Source: an uncultured delta proteobacterium (GTDB lineage Bacteria; Desulfobacterota; Syntrophorhabdia; Syntrophorhabdales; WCHB1-27). From it: DNA of 64,000 bases. Shown in pieces: positions 61,792 to 64,000 of this stretch. The position numbers and the translations under genes were made by a program. Below the pieces are notes generated by a model. That model saw nothing but the letters and a program-made list of their open reading frames with translations. It was not told the DNA's origin and ran no database searches. The DNA lies in NCBI GenBank assembly GCA_963835595.1, contig CAWIGL010000002.1:2534459-2598458 (forward strand), in the 5' to 3' direction. How positions within the stretch are numbered: the first letter of the stretch is position 1; each line of letters begins with the position of its first letter.

Positions 61792-61998
61792 TTACTCCTT
61801 CCCGGGGATTATGCCGTCGATGAGCTTTACGATGGACCCCCGGTAGATTCGTAAGCAGCCCCTGACCTTGATGCCGGTGATCAACCCCTGTCGATACCAT
61901 CGATAGACAGTTTTTAGAGAAACACTAAGGAATGCCGCCACGTCGCGCGGTCTCAGCAGGGTCTTGTCGGGCAGGTCCCGGAACTCTTCATTATCCAC
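61792..61998 (-). CDS. Excisionase/MerR-type HTH small protein (68 aa) starting at a GTG that overlaps the stop of the response-regulator gene (TAGTG); alternatively a C-terminal HTH fused by frameshift
   Basis: VDNEEFRDLPDKTLLRPRDVAAFLSVSLKTVYRWYRQGLITGIKVRGCLRIYRGSIVKLIDG; no ATG in this frame; paralog of 62695-62901. Confidence 0.45.
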   Translation of the reverse strand: MDNEEFRDLPDKTLLRPRDVAAFLSVSLKTVYRWYRQGLITGIKVRGCLRIYRGSIVKLIDGIIPGKE

Positions 61999-62495
61999 TA
62001 TATCTCCTGAAAGCCTGGAGGGTCGGCCTGAGGACCGGGAGAACCGGCCGGAGATCGTCGGCGTGCCGCCGATGCCTCGCGCCCGGCGGACCTGATCAGG
62101 AACAAAAGGCTTGCCGGGTCGAAAGGCTTGTCCAGGAAAGCGTAGGCTCCCCTTCGGATCGCGTCCTCTCTCGTCTCGGCAGTGGACGTGCCGCTCATCA
62201 TGATGATGGCGGTGTTGCGATTTTCCTTCTTGATGGCCTCCAGCACGCCCAGACCGTCGATGTCGTCCCCGAGGCACAGGTCGAGCACCACGATGTTGAA
62301 CGCAGTCCGCCCGAACTTGTCGATCGCTTCCCTGCCGCTCGATGCGGACATCGACTCCAGACCGGCGGCGCTGAGCCACGACGAAAGCAGGCCGAGGATG
62401 GTCTGGTCGTCGTCTACGACAAGTACCGATGGTTGCTTGCACTCAGACCGAGGACGCCCGCAGGGGGGCATTGGATGTGGTATCTTCTGCTTCAT
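61998..62495 (-). CDS. Response regulator receiver (CheY-like REC) protein; start likely ATG 62495 (ORF track extends to a GTG at 62615)
   Basis: SVLVVDDDQTILGLL... phospho-acceptor Asp in NIVVLDLCL, conserved Thr/Ser (MMSGTS) and Lys (FLDKPF). Confidence 0.65.
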   Translation of the reverse strand: MKQKIPHPMPPCGRPRSECKQPSVLVVDDDQTILGLLSSWLSAAGLESMSASSGREAIDKFGRTAFNIVVLDLCLGDDIDGLGVLEAIKKENRNTAIIMMSGTSTAETREDAIRRGAYAFLDKPFDPASLLFLIRSAGREASAARRRSPAGSPGPQADPPGFQEI

Positions 62496-62694
62496 GTTGG
62501 AGAGAAAGGGTCCAGCCGGCAGGGGGCGGCCCGTGCATGTTTCGCGGATACGCGGGTTGTATGAAGGCCAGGCCGACGCCGGCGGTTCTCGAAAAGACGG
62601 TCGGGGAACCTTCACGCGGGACCGGCGAATCGATAAGCTACCGCCCCTCAGGAACCTGCCTTCTGCTCAGAAAAGGATGCAGCCCGGGCAGGTG

Positions 62695-62901
62695 CTATCT
62701 ATCGGGACCTGTGCCTTCCAATAGGGTCAGAATCGAGCCGCGGTTGATCCTCAGAGATTTGTTTATCCTGATGCCTTCGATGAGGCCGAGCTCGAACCAA
62801 CGGTAGACGGTCCGCTCTGACACGCGTAAGAAAGAAGCTACTTCGCTGGGCCTCAGCATGGTCCTGAGCGGTAACTCTGTCCTTGCGGTCGGCTCATTCA
62901 T
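62695..62901 (-). CDS. Excisionase/MerR-type HTH small protein (68 aa), standalone paralog of 61792-61998
   Basis: MNEPTARTELPLRTMLRPSEVASFLRVSERTVYRWFELGLIEGIRINKSLRINRGSILTLLEG; ATG 62901 preceded by GGAGGA; same 68-aa length as its paralog. Confidence 0.55.
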   Translation of the reverse strand: MNEPTARTELPLRTMLRPSEVASFLRVSERTVYRWFELGLIEGIRINKSLRINRGSILTLLEGTGPDR

Positions 62902-63216
62902 ATCGTCCCATTCCTCCTGGCCGGCGATGTCCGTATGTGCGATGATAGCATCCCCCAAAATGGCGTGTCTAAGACATGTGACCGGAATGTCGCCGATGTC
63001 TAAAAAGATTCGGTAAATACTTAAGGGATGCGATATGTGCAGCGGAGGGACAGTATGTTTTCGCCTGTTTAGGCGTGTCTGGGCAAAGGGAGACGTGTAC
63101 CCAAAAAGCGGCTGAGGCCGTATGGCAGGCCCCGCTACCGCGTACGGACCGGACTACGCTGCGGCACGACGCGCTTGCTTTAAGACGGCATTCTTCAGGA
63201 AAGGCCGTGCCGGTCG

Positions 63217-64000
63217 TTAAAGAAATAGCGGCACGAGGCGCTTGTTCTTTATGTCTGCCAGACCCTTGTCCGTGATCCTCAGGAACGGCAAGCCGGTGAA
63301 GGGTATCGTCTGGAACGCCAGGAAGGGGTTCTCTATCCTGACGCCTATGGCGGCCATCGCCCCGTCCAGCTCCGTCGTCTTCCGGGCGATCTCTTCCATC
63401 GGTAAATCGGAGATACTTCCACAGATAGACATGGCGAGCTCGTAGATGATCCGCCCTTCCCTGGAGACGACGATGCCGCCCTGCAAATCGATCAGGCGGT
63501 TGACCGCGTTCGCCATGTCGGCCTCGTCGCTCCCCACCGTGAGGATGTTGCACGTGTCCCATACGAATGTTGTGGCGAAGGCGCCGCGATTGACGCCGGT
63601 GCCCGTTATGAAGCCCCTTGCCCATTCTTTTTCCGCTGCCTCTCGATATGACGGCCGCAGGCACGATGTCCTTCCCCAGGTCCTTTTGAAGGTATCCGCC
63701 CTCGCTCTCGAGGAGCGCCTCGGCTTCCCGGGTAATGGTCGCGTTGACGAGGTGGATGATGCGAACGCGCTTCGTGCCTGGGTCTGCCGCGATGCGGAAG
63801 TCGTCCGCAGCCACCTTCTCCGTCTTCACCGTATGGTTGACCGCTTCCGGGTAACGATAAGCGGGCGCCTGGCCCTTGAACTCACGGTCTATCACCGTCA
63901 TTTGCCCGTTGAACATCACGTGGCGGACGGAGACCTCGGCAAGGTCGTCGAGGAAAAGGATGTCCGCGCAGCGCATCGGGGCGATGGCCCCGAGGTGGCG
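63217..64000 (-). pseudogene. ade: Adenine deaminase (C-terminal ~260 aa visible; 5' end beyond the window) with one frame disruption in an A5 run near 63605
   Basis: C-terminal ...GSDEADMANAVNRLIDLQGGIVVSREGRIIYELAMSICGSISDLP...LRITDKGLADI; middle part ...HLVNATITREAEALL...KDIVPAAVI in another frame. Confidence 0.5.

Overview
High-GC (about 62-65%) chromosomal segment that looks like it comes from an anaerobic, selenocysteine-using, sigma-54-using Deltaproteobacteria/Thermodesulfobacteriota-like bacterium. This taxonomic guess rests on gene content only. No CRISPR array, transposase, integrase or rRNA was seen.

Main blocks, in order:
1. 54-2723: a Pat/PatZ-type fusion of an NDP-forming acyl-CoA-synthetase-like domain to a GNAT domain (paralog 1).
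2. 3078-4817, minus strand: a small ArsR / ArsP-like permease (TPFCSCS motif) / mini-thioredoxin cassette.
3. 4991-16460: a divergently encoded sigma-54 activator (GAF-AAA+-HTH), then a palindromic UAS-like site, a -24/-12 promoter, an ABM-like small ORF, and what reads as one plus-strand operon. The operon is a second Pat-type paralog, hdrC, hdrB, hdrA (with an in-frame TGA for selenocysteine and a downstream SECIS-like hairpin), mvhD, mvhG and mvhA. It ends in a perfect 23-bp-stem bidirectional terminator.
4. 16703-18736, minus strand: an acetyl-CoA hydrolase/transferase-family domain fused to a third Pat-type GNAT domain. A strongly RBS-preceded 30-aa membrane peptide is encoded just downstream.
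5. 18772-21090: a multidomain protein with a degenerate class-III cyclase-like domain, a CCHC zinc knuckle, TPR, coiled coil and two TM helices.
6. About 21.1-37.2 kb: a block bounded on the left by a roughly 200-bp inverted duplicate of the 3' end of the femAB-like gene at 35.6 kb, plus a low-GC ORFan, and on the right by tRNA-Arg(CCT). It contains a giant cyclic beta-1,2-glucan-synthase-like gene (GT84 plus GH94) whose GH94 part has four +1 frame disruptions. It also contains a flotillin/SPFH gene, groEL-groES and a PEP-CTERM-type FemAB-like acyltransferase. The flotillin-like gene and groES share a conserved leader element of about 65 nt.
7. 37.4-45.5 kb: PEP-CTERM/exosortase-style EPS genes (galE, a WecA-like transferase, a PrsT-like TPR lipoprotein, a BY-kinase-like ATPase and a Wzz/GumC-like protein). 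No exosortase lies in the window.
8. 45724-46779, minus strand: a NYN-LOTUS protein.
9. 47-56 kb: a catabolic module of acyl-CoA dehydrogenase, GntR/FCD regulator, UbiD-family decarboxylase (one +1 shift in a GGGG run), TRAP transporter DctPQM, AMP-forming CoA ligase and a 4-OT tautomerase.
10. 56-64 kb: CCA-adding enzyme, DUF763, a RACo-like [2Fe-2S]-ASKHA protein and adenine deaminase. Each carries multiple single-base frame disruptions. A response regulator and two 68-aa excisionase-type HTH paralogs also lie here.

The frame disruptions cluster at 29.0-30.0 kb, 49.85 kb and 56-63.6 kb. Each looks like one extra base. I cannot tell from sequence whether they are real pseudogenisation or local assembly or sequencing error.
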